Origin: Macrostomum lignano
Lineage: Eukaryota
Length of the DNA stretch: 64,000 nt
Direction of reading: 5' to 3'
Assembly: GCA_002269645.1 (NCBI GenBank)
Contig: NIVC01003766.1
Span: forward strand, 13,773 to 77,772
Below the pieces are notes generated by a model. The model did not search any database and was not told the DNA's origin. It saw nothing but the letters and a program-made list of their open reading frames with translations. Below are positions 16,766 to 28,500 of this stretch, in pieces (positions within the stretch are counted from its first letter, which is position 1; each line of letters starts with the position of its first letter). Both the position numbers and the translations under genes were made by a program.

Positions 16766-17106
16766 CTAGTGGCGATTATTGGACAGATGTTGCTAAAGCA
16801 TATTTCTACTAAGTCATTGCTAACGACAATTCTTACGCGACTATTCTCAGAAAACTATGCACTACAAAGAACGGGTATAAAAAGTAAAACACTGGACAGA
16901 ACTCGAAAATTTTCAATCCACAGGTTTACTAAAGCCTCTCAGTTCAAACCTAATCCAGCTTTAGCGTTAACAGATTAACGGTTTATTTGCTCTCATTTTT
17001 TCTGTTGTCCAACAGAGTCTTCAGCTCGACAATCGCAGTCGCACAGACAAATTATTTATGTTATGTTATTCCGACGCTTAATCACAACTCAGTCCATTTG
17101 CCGCGC

Positions 17107-18481
17107 TTATTCCTTGGCGTCCTTCTTCAGCGGGCCCATAAACGTCTTCTTCTCGGCAATAGTCTGGAAGCGACCGTGACCGAACTTGGAGCTGGTGTCG
17201 ATGAACTTCAGGTTGATCTGCTCGATAGCCTTCTTCTTAGTGTGGGTCATCAGCGACTTGCGCAGGGTCAACACGCGCTTCTTCGGCCCGATGCAGCAGC
17301 CCTTGATCATGACAAAGTCCTGGTTGACCTCGCCGTAGTGCGGGAAACCGCCCAGCGGGGTGATGCTCTTCTCGGTCAAGTCGAACTCAGTGCTGGCGTT
17401 GTGCACTAGCTTGCCATCGGCCTGGTGGACGGCCTGGCCCATCCGGTAGATCTTCTTGTTGATCTCGGTGCGATGAAAGTAGCCCTTCTGACCGGCCCTG
17501 GCCACGGAGAAGGCCACCCGAGACGGATGCCAGGCGCCGATGCAGGCAACTTTGCGCAGGCCCTTGTGCGTCTTGCGCGGCAGCTTGGTGGTGTGCCAAC
17601 GGCTGGTGACGCCCTTGTAGCCGTGGCCCTTGGTGACGCCGATGATGTCAATCATTTCGTCTTGGCTGAACACCTGGCCAACTGGTACAGCCTTCTCTAG
17701 GTGAGACTTGGCCCATTCGATCTTATCAGCGATGGTGCCACCGTTGAGCTGAATCTCCATCAGGTGGGCCTTCTTCTGCCGGCGTTTGAGCAGCTTCATC
17801 TGGGTGTGCACGAGCACACGGATGACGGTGCAGTACTTCTTCATCTTGGCCAGGTCGGTGTCGATCTCTTTCTGACCGGCCGGGTCCGCCCACTTCTTGG
17901 AGTACTTGGTGAAGGCCTTTTTTTTGCTCTTGTACCTGTTAAGGACCGGAGAAAGATGAATTAGTTCAACAAGTTAAGCAAAGTTGGCCGCGGTTAGTAC
18001 GTGGCTGGCTGCTTGCGTCATCTTTAGAGCTACGGTACGGTAAGAGAGTAACAGGGCGTATTTCTACTGCCCTTTTAGCATAGTGCTGACTTTAATGAAA
18101 GCTAATAACCACTAACCAGTTCTTGTAGAAGCGGCGCCTGCACTCTTCGCTCAGGTGCTCGGCGAAGACGGTCTTGAAGGCGCGCAGACCTTTGGCAGTC
18201 TCAATGTAGCCAACAATGCCAACAATCATGAGCGGCGGAGTCTCAATAACGGTGACAGGCTCGACAATCTCCTTCTTGTTGGCCTTGGATCCGGGCCGGT
18301 CCAGATCGCGCACAATATGGGTCATGCCGGCCTTGAAGCCAAGGAAGGCGGTCAGATGGATCGGCTTCTTCTTGTCGTCCTTGGGGAAAGACTTGGCCTT
18401 GCCGCGGTGGCGGCGCGAACGCTTCTTGGGCAGGAAGCTTAGAGAGCCGTGGCGCGGCGCGCTGAACTTTCGGTGCGACAT
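17107..18481 (-). CDS. RPL3: 60S ribosomal protein L3 (uL3), 2 exons (18481-18117, 17935-17107), 397 aa
   Basis: [76 protein letters not shown] 181-nt phase-2 intron (TG|GTTAGT...aacag|G) restores [13 protein letters not shown]. Confidence 0.98.
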
Positions 18482-18694
18482 TCTCCTATTCTCTTCACAG
18501 CTGCAATCAAGAAGTACGGAGATTAGAAACGAGCTAGATTTAAATTCGTCTTGTTTTTATAGCGACTTAATGACTTGATGTTATATTATGGCAATAATTG
18601 AATATATATAGATAATATATCGATTTTGTCGCTTCTAGCTAAGAAATACGATAACTATTATACAATTGAAACACGGTAAACTTACGGCACCATC

Positions 18695-18825
18695 AAACTA
18701 CTACCACAACTACCACTACTAATACTGCCATCACTACTACCACTACAGCTACTACTTATTATAACTACTATTACTACCACTAATGCTACTACTACTACAA
18801 CCGAACATACTACTAACATTACTAT
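18695..18825. repeat. Degenerate (ACT/ACC)n trinucleotide tract
   Basis: ctactaccac-type runs upstream of RPL3. Confidence 0.6.
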
Positions 18826-19521
18826 CAAAAAGTTGCCTATAAATTGCGACACAAGCAATCATAAGAATAGCAAGTCGCATTAAAGAAACACAAAATTACA
18901 ACTGCAAACCAGATGAATCTTTAAGCTTCATCAAATCGCAATCATCCATTTGTATTTAATTAATAAATTATCTGAAAGTCCCTCAAATTAGCCAACAACT
19001 TTATCAGAAGCACATAGTGAACTAAAATTTAATCTGAGAAAGATTTGAGAGTTTAATACACAAACAGTAGAAGCATACATTTGGCATGAGATGGTTTTCT
19101 ACAGACACGTCTGAGGCACAATAAACAAAGAATCGAAGGTATATGTACAAAGAAAATACAGATGCTTATTAAATAGATATTTTAACTGACAAACAATATA
19201 TGTAACTAGCAAAACACCGACAGAATAAAAATACCAATATACATGTATACAAACACGGCTTGAACAATGAACATCCACATTGAAAAATGCAAACTATAGT
19301 TAACTTCTCTTATAACTTAATAAGCGCATGCTTTTGCTAAGTTATATGTAGTTTGTAAGGCCTAGTTATTAAGTAGTAGAGATACAGAAATGAGACTTGA
19401 AGATGTGGGGAAATGTCACTTTGACTCAATTTTAATATAAATAGATCTACAACACAGCCTAGAACAAGCGAAAAAGAACTGTGACTCTGAAGAATGAAAA
19501 ATAAACAGACATTAACAATCT

Positions 19522-22500
19522 TCAAGTATAGTACTTAGTATAAGGTTGAATAACAGGCTCGCCTTTGCATAGCTCAGAATAGACCAATTTGAACAGGAAC
19601 AGGTGAAACACTAACAATAGCAAGATTAATCCAATCCAGAATATAACTGGCAGCCCACCGTACGGATGGCCGTGCTTGTGCAAAGCGATCACGTGATGCT
19701 CGTGAGCCGGCGCGTCCCAAACTTCAAGAACGTGAATAGCGCGCTTTAACTGTTTGATATGATCAATATCTGGCGTGATGTACAGCAGAGCGGTGCGCGG
19801 TTTAGTTATACGCAGAGGCAGTTGAACACGCTGGGCACCTAGTTGAATTGGCGAGCTCTCGTCGCAGGCGGCGCTGCAAGCGTAGAATGGCTTCTGGTTG
19901 CCAAGCACGCTGACAAACAGCAGCGCCTTGTTCGAGTCGTCAACTTCAACTGTGACGTTCACGTTTGCGGAAGGTCCGTAGGCTATGTTACGAAAGGTCA
20001 TGTCTCTAACCAACTGCGACGGGTGCAAATTGAATTCTAGATGCCGACCGGAGAAGCTGAACTCGCCAATGGCTAGCAGGGCGGCCTGGGATAGGCCGAT
20101 GGCGCCAGCTTGCACCAGGTGAGAGCAGCCGAATTTCACCAGAGTTACAAACCATTGATCCACTAGGCCGATCAGATCAGACGCAGACTGGGGACGGCGC
20201 CACAGGTTGGGGACCTGGCGGGCGAATTAATAGATATCAATTTCAAGATTAGAGCACATTTTTTACTGTTGCACTTTTGAATTAACTGTTTTAGACCTAC
20301 GCTTATCTAGATAGCATCTCGTACTTCTAGATCAAGACGTCTCTCTTAAATCCTTACCTCTCGTAAAAAATATTGCCACCCTGTTAGATCTCTTTAGACA
20401 TCGCATTTCTTAGTTTTAGATCCCTACACTATCAGCCTTAGATCCTATCTTCAGTCTTAGATCTCACCTCTCAGCCTTAGATCCTATCTCTTCAGTCTTA
20501 GATCTCAACTCTCACTTCTCAGCCTTAGATCCTATCTCTTCAGTCTTAGATCTCAACTCTCACTTCTCAGCCTTAGATCCTATCTCTTCAGTCTTAGATC
20601 TCAACTCTCACCTCTCAGCCTTAGATCCTATCTCTTCAGTCTTAGATCTCAACTCTCACTTCTCAGCCTTAGATCCTATCTCTTCAGTCTTAGATCTCAA
20701 CTCTCACTTCTCAGCCTTAGATCCTACCTCTCTGTCTTAGATCCCACCTCTCACTTCTCAGCCTTAGATCCTATCTCTTCAGTCTTAGATCTCACCTCTC
20801 ACCTCTCAGTCTTAGATCCTACCTCTCTGTCTTAGATCCCACCTCTCAGTCTTAGATCCCATTTCTCAGTCTTAGATCCCATTTCTTAGTCTCAGATCTC
20901 ACCTCCTAGTCTTAGATCTTACTTCCTCTGTTTAAATCTCAGATTTCAATGATTTTTATCGCACTGCAAATTTTTATAGACTATAGTATTTAGTATGGAG
21001 GTTTAGTAGACAATACATGAACAATAATAAATGGTTGTATCCCTATGACTAATGTTTACTCCTAGCGTAAATTCTAGTAAAAATGTTTTTTCCATACGGA
21101 AATCAACATTTAACAAAACAAACCTGAAACAGATCGTTGCCTGCGTAGCAGCGGTCGTACTGATGCAGACTATCTGACAGCACTAGGCCAGTCCAATTGA
21201 TCGCAGGCTGTGTAGGCGGTTCAATAGGCCGATTGCTCATCAGATAATAGAGCGTACAATTGAACGATTCGCCATTAAGCGCGCCAGGCGCCAAAGACTT
21301 AGCAATGGAGAATCCGCGCTGCCAGACGTTGCGCCATGCCGAGTAATGCTTAGCGCGCAGGCTGGCAGAATCGGCGCCGCTACCCAAGCCAATTAGCAGG
21401 GTCTGCAAATCCAGCCTGGATTTAGCGTGAAACGCTCGCAATTGTTGCTCGTCCGGAATAGAGGCGAACGGATCGCTGTAACGAACAACTGTGCGCAGAG
21501 TTAGAGTGGCGCTAGCGCCAGGCCGAACCGGCATATACTCTGGCGCATTCGGCTCAGCAACAGTTAGAATGACAATACGATTGTTGCCAAGCCGAACAGT
21601 AATAGTTGCTAGGCTGTATTCAAGCTGGGTACCATCGGATAGACGCATTGTGGCTTTACCAGTAACTGATCCGGTTGGCAGGCTTGGCATGGGCTTCTTT
21701 GATAGCTGCACATTAACTGGGTTGGTCTGAGGATTATTAGAAAATTATGGAACACATGTGAGTGCTTTCAAATTTCTTCGAAATTTCCTAACGTCAAAAC
21801 CTCCAGCAAGGGACTTCATAAGCTAGAAATTTTACATCGAAAACTGAACATAATAGTAATAATTATAATTATAACTGATTAAACCTGCCCTGATGGCCAG
21901 ATGTGCAACCGACAGCTCAGCCGCAGCTATTGCGCAGCGCATCTGAAGGCTGCGTACGGCTGTTCAGTCCAAGGACTGGGGGGGGGGGGGTCGCCACACA
22001 CACCCTCAATTACCCCAGCTAATGCTGGCACCCATTTTTACAGCTGCGTGCACTGAAGCAATGCAGAGTTAAGTGTCTTGCTCAAGGACACAAATTGTTC
22101 CGACTGGGTGAAGATTCGAACCCCCGACCTTTCAGTCGTGAGTCGGACGCTCTAACCACTAGGCTACAACCCCTTTTTAATATAACAAAGCCTAAAAATT
22201 CATTTGAAAACATTCGCGGACAAGAAATTTTAAAATAAATTTCAAGGTTGAAATCAACTACTTACAGTAGGATTGGACGCCTTGATCTCTTGAACCAGCA
22301 AATATGGTATAGAGCGATGCGCATAGGCACTATAGTGAATCGATACGCACATCGAATGCTGCAATTGAACAAGGGTACACAGTAATTAACTAGACATATT
22401 ATTATTGCATGCTAATTATAATAAAACAATTAAACATAATAGCACGCTCAGTTTTGTACGCTATAGCGTAAAGAACACTTATCTCCGGGGGGGGGGGGTT

Positions 22501-25500
22501 AAATTAAACCCCCTACTAAAAAATAATAGAATTAAAGTAATTCGAACGCATCCGTGGTAACTTTAGTCCTAGCATTATTCCCTTAGCATTTAACAAATGG
22601 AAAAGACCAAAAGGCCACAAAAAATAATAAGAATCATAATGAGCAAATTAATAAAATGATATAATACTGTACCAAATGCAAGAAAGACCTTACATTTTCC
22701 TTATACGCAAAATATACATAGAACATTAAACCAGCTAGCGAAGCATGAATAGTTTACCGAATTTTACCTTCTTGGGTAATAAATCATTGAAATCACTCAT
22801 TACAAACTACAAGCAGAAAGGCATTTAAAATAGACACAAGGATAAACATTTGAAGACATATTAAATATATGTAAGCACTGCCAACACATTAAACTAAAAT
22901 CAAGCTGAAAGCTAAGCTAATGGGGCAAGCTAAAAAGGATAATATTTACTTATAGTAAAAAACTTCAGCTTACCTGCTTGTAGCAACCAAACTTGTGCAG
23001 CTCTCCATTTGGCAAATCAAGTAGCACACGCTCTGGAAAAATTTTATTTAATAATTAAAATGTAGAATAGAATACTGAGTTTAATTTCTAAAGAGAAATT
23101 GGAACAGAGGTAATTTAACATACCCAAAGACGAGAATCCAGTTAAACTAAAGTCGAATAGCACATCAAATGGCACCGGTACTTGAAGCAGCAGTTTATCT
23201 CGTATGTACAATCGCTGATTTCCAATATTCGATGTGGCAAAATATCCATTGCCAATGTAGGGATAGAATTCCACATTGGGCTCGCGATAGCTCACATAGT
23301 AAGAGAGAGCATCAGAGCTGTCAATCAGCGACAACTGACTTTTTGATATGCTATTGAGACAGTCATCCAGTCGCTCTATAGATTAAAAATATTTAAATAC
23401 AATTTTAGTTTATATAACTCTAGTCATATGTAGCAGAGCAAGTGCATAAAAGACAAATTAAATAGACACTTACTTGTTTTGATAATAATTTCCTTTTCAG
23501 CAAATGGATTGCCATTGTAAAGTAGATACAAAGGTAAAATTGAAAGGCACAGAAGAATAAATATTGTCTTCTTGGAACTGCAAAAAGAAAAAATAGATTT
23601 TGTTAGATAGACTAAAAACTCTACATTGAATCAAAATGCTTATTAGATTTTTTTACATTTTTATTAATTAGTCCTTAACAAATCAAAACAAAGTCATGAA
23701 CATTAATGCTATTATAATAAATGATTTCAGTGAAGAAAGGAATACCATATTATCTAGTATCATTTACCTAATCATTGCTTAGTCTAGGTACCTAGGACTC
23801 TGACTAGGATAGGTATAAAGGCAGGAATTTATTTCAATTCAATTATTTTTCATTAAAGTATCCATGTCCAGTGGATAGAATTCCACTTACTGTGAAAAGT
23901 AAAAGTAGAACTCTAGTAAAAATAGCTATAAAAATTTTTCCTTATTTTTTTAACATTTTCTACATTAGGTACTCTGGTCATTTTAACCAATAACTTATTA
24001 AGCCTATTCTAACCTTTTTAGCTTTTTATCTTTTATCAACTGTATTAAGAATATAATAAATATAATATTTCTATAATAGCCAAAACTATTACAAGATTGC
24101 CTAAAAGCTCAGTCTTAGCTTAAAATTCATAGGCAGACCAAATAACATTTTGCCATTTTTTGCCATAACTAGAGGACATGATTTTTTTTGTAGTAGACAT
24201 AATTTAGCACATAAGTTATTTCTTGACTAGGAGCACAAAGATAAATTGTTGAAAAAGTAAAACAGTAAGAATTATATCAATTTTTTAAGTCTATTTATTA
24301 AACAAGAATTTTATAAAATGTCTGTAGTGCTGATGGATATTTTTGCATAACAGAAGGCAATTTAAAATGGACCTAGTGTACAACAATGTATAACGGAGAG
24401 CTAGATAAAAAATAGTATTAAGTTGCATAAAGAAAAAATATAAACAAAATAAAAACATAAATATTATACTTATCCTATAATATAGAAGGTGGCCTTTTGC
24501 TGAAAAATTCTAGCATATTTTTGCCCTCACAGACAATCTTGGCATTTAGAATTTTTAGGTTCAACATTAGTGTACACAGTTGGCATACTAAAGATAGCCA
24601 AGTTTAGGCATAGTATCATGTTTTAGTTAATTATCAATCAAGGAAAGCTTTTTTAAAATAATAAGAAACAAAAATAGGAAACAATAACAATACTTATGAG
24701 GAAAACAAAAGTAAAACAAATAATAATTGTTTCTATCAAAAAATAGACACTTAACTTTATGCTTAGCACAGATTTTTAAAAAATTACTTTAGCTTAGAAT
24801 TTTTTAAAATCACTTTGGCATAAAATTATAGAAAAACTAGAATTTTTATTCTGTCATATACCTGCCAGGCTGCCATGATCCAGACTATATTACTTATCTA
24901 GAACTTAAAAGCTAAATTTACTTAAAAGACTCTTGAAAATAGTAAATTGAATATATTTGGATGTTATATATAAAGGAAGGCTGTAGCCCAGCGGTAGCAC
25001 AGCTGCTCTGGTGTGCCAGCGACCCAGGCTCAATTCCAAGTGCAGTCACATTAATTTGGGGCTGAATTGGAATCTTGGCTTGGCTCTGCTTGTGCAATTA
25101 ACGGCCTTGAAAGCCAACCCCCCCCCAAGGCGCAGTGAAGTGTACATGCCTAACGATAATATAAAGTTAGGGCTGCTGTACACTCCTGTGTGAGTGTGTG
25201 CCTGCGTATATATCCGCGTGCTTGTATGCCTGCTCAGGGGAGTTGGCGGAATGGGCAGTAATGCCTCTCGCCAGTTGTGTGCCTATGTCGCTTAAAGTGC
25301 ACCAGGGTGCACACAACCCCCCTGCCTCTAATAAAAAAATTATGATATAGTTATAATAAAAAATAGAACATTTTCTAAAAGCAATGTACATTTTTAATAG
25401 TGCCTCTTTAGAAATTATGAACATTATGTTTGCTTGGCATTGGCATTATTCCAATTATTTTAGCTATTAATTTTTGTCATAAACTATACAATGATTATTT

Positions 25501-28500
25501 TTCCTAACACAGGTATATAATAGCAATAGTTTGCAATACTATATATATACCAGAAAAAAATGAACACTTTTGGTATTTGCAAATGTATGCCATATATAAC
25601 ATGCAAAACTCTAAATGACAATTTTGAACCATTACTATTAGACTTTTGTTTTGTATTTAATTTCAACTAGACAATGTTAAAAATATTATATAAATAAATA
25701 ACCTAAGTAAATTTTATGCATTTTGGTTAAATTTTGAAAATCTTACTTTGTAAAAAACAAAGTCAGTTTTGCATTGAATAGTTATCAAATTTTATAATTA
25801 TATATATATACGAGGGGTGTCCCAAAAGTTCCCGGAATGTCTAACGTAACTCTTCAACAGAGCCATGAAATTTCACGCCCATGGTGTCAAATGAAAGGAA
25901 ATTTTGTCACAAAGAATACAAAGTTAAAATCATGTTGATATCTTTTTTTATTCAAGAGCTACAGCAAGAAACTTGCGCAAACGACAGGGGTAGTGTTACA
26001 CAACCTCAACAATCTATGGAGTTTTTCATTTGGAATTCATTCACAGCAGACTGGCCATCTCTAAAGCGTTTGATCCATCTGTAAATTGCAGTTTTTTTTA
26101 GGCTGTTCTCACCGTGGATGGAGAATAAGTGGTCAGAAATCTTGGCTCCACTCTATCCTACTGACCAAAGGGCAAAAACTTGACTTTGCTGACTTTTAAG
26201 GCTCTGAAGAGAACTCATTTTTGCAAAGAAATTTCAAGTTGAAAGCAAGCGCTTGGTACAAATTATCTGCACTCGCGCAAAAGCTCAGATTAGCGTTATG
26301 AGCATTTCTGCTTTTTTCCATAGACACTACCACGTCTTTCTGACACGTCAGTAGCACGAATTCAAAATGAAAAACTCCAAAAATGGAGATTAAAAAATTA
26401 TTGCCATAGATTGTTGAGGTTGTGTAACACTACCCCTGACCTTTGCGCACGTTTCTTGCTGTAGCTCTTGAAAAAAAAGATATCAACATGATTTTAACTT
26501 TGTATTCTTTGTGACAAAATTTCCTTTCATTTGACACCATGGGCGTGAAATTTCATGGCTCTGTTGAAGAGCTACGTTAGACATTCCGGGAACTTTTGGG
26601 ACACCCCTCGTATATGAAGAACTATTATGACTGTTAGTGTTATTGATGTCATATTTTAATTTTTAATACATGTCAAATACCAAAATATTATTATTAAATG
26701 TGTATACCAAAAGCACAATTATCACTTTTTGTACACCAATATACACATTATATTTCTTAAGGGTAACTCCAAAATTTCTAGAATATATGCCTTTTTGTAA
26801 TTATAATACAATAGTTTATATTGCAATATCTATAAATATATACATGCACAATATATAGGATTATATAATATAAAAACAAGCAACATATAAGAAAGTGTTA
26901 CATAAGTGCAAGAATTTATTTCACTATATTTTTGGAATATGCATTATACACAAAGCTAAAAATACAATTTTGTATGCTAAGGCCTATCTTTGTTTATTGA
27001 CATGCGCATAGCCAAGGCATTAATGCATAAGAGCATTAAAAATCTAGTAGAATTAGGATTGAAAATAAAAAGTTTAAATAATATATCAATGTTTATAATT
27101 TTTATAGATACTTTTTAATTTAAAAGTTTTTATTTAAGCTTAAACTAAAATTGTTAAAAAAACCAGCAAAAGTTTTATTTTTTATTAATGTCATTTCAAA
27201 TTAAATCATTTGTTTAATTTATCAAAACCAGTGATTAATTACCACACTTACAAAAATATTTAAAAGCATTTTATACATTGCATATATAGATTAAGCCCTA
27301 TATTATATATTTTAAATGACATATTATAAACTAATTTATTTTATCAGCTTTTGATATGTACTATTATGCATTTAAAATTTTAGTGCATGACCAAGATAAC
27401 CACATACTAAGACTATCACAGTTCTTATTGGCTATTGGAATTGAGAAGGAGGAAGGCTTACGGGTATAATTCTTTTTCTTATAGCCAATAATCAGGATCA
27501 TGGCATGCTTATGCCAAAATTAATATTATCAAAAAAGTTTTATTGCACTTTGTGCTAGAACAAATCTTATCAAAAAAAGTTTTCTTGTGCTATGTACTGC
27601 AACTTTTTGGAAAAAATGCTGTTTTAAAAATACTAACAAAACTTATATTTGAATCTGTTTCATGGAAAATACAATATTAACATATATTAATTAAAAATTT
27701 GGACTTCTTCAAGTTTATGTTGATAAAATACTTCCAATTTTTCGATTTTTCTGAAACTTGCATTGGAGACTTATGGGGTACCCAAAATTATAAAAATGCA
27801 AAAAAGTGTAGAAAATTACCTGTACAGTTGATGCAATCACGATTTTTACTCGATTCCCTATTCTCTTAATGACGTTTGGTGAGAAAAAGTTTCCACGAAT
27901 ACATTTTTGAAAGTGTACCCACTAGACTTTTAATCTAATAGCACATGTGCTAGAACTTCATTAGGCCAATTAAAGATGAATAATCATATCTACAAATTAA
28001 TATGCAATTGTCTTTTACGTTGGCTGATAATAGTTTTTAAATTTAGTTATAATGCATAGACAGTGCCATGTCACTGTTCACTTTTTTAAAAAACTGTCAC
28101 GACCAGCTTGATCTTTGCACTACCACTTTCACTGCACCCAGCCAAAGCAATGTTCGCAACTTTAAAGCATTTTGCTCCTCAAAACCAATTACTGTACAAG
28201 GCTAGATTACTAATTCTATTGTATTAAGGAAGTAACAGCACTTGATTTTGGTAAGCCAATTCATTTAGATAAAGTTATAGAATTCAACAACTTCTGACAT
28301 AATTATGTTGACTCTTTGGTGGATTCTCTCTTTTCTCGTGTCGTGGAGTTACAACCCCTCCCCCCTATTAGAATTGGAATTTGTCAGCACAATCTTGAAT
28401 AGGTCTCCATGCCTCTATTTAAGTTTATGTTGATAAAATCAATCCCCATAAAGAATCTCCCCACCCTAAAACCCCCTATTCCCCACGCCCTGGTAGTTGG

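Noticed and set aside
17387-18578. Overlapping alternative-frame and antisense ORFs over RPL3, UFD1 and the protocadherin
   Set aside because: Expected shadows of GC-rich codon usage.
20190-20214. Suspected frameshift at the start of the last KIAA2013 exon
   Set aside because: A careful recount gives phase 0 (VPNLWRRPQSASDLIGLVDQW), so the frame is intact.
22100-22173. Possible tRNA genes at the SINE heads (also 24979-25050)
   Set aside because: Acceptor and anticodon stems do not pair properly, and each continues into a SINE body.
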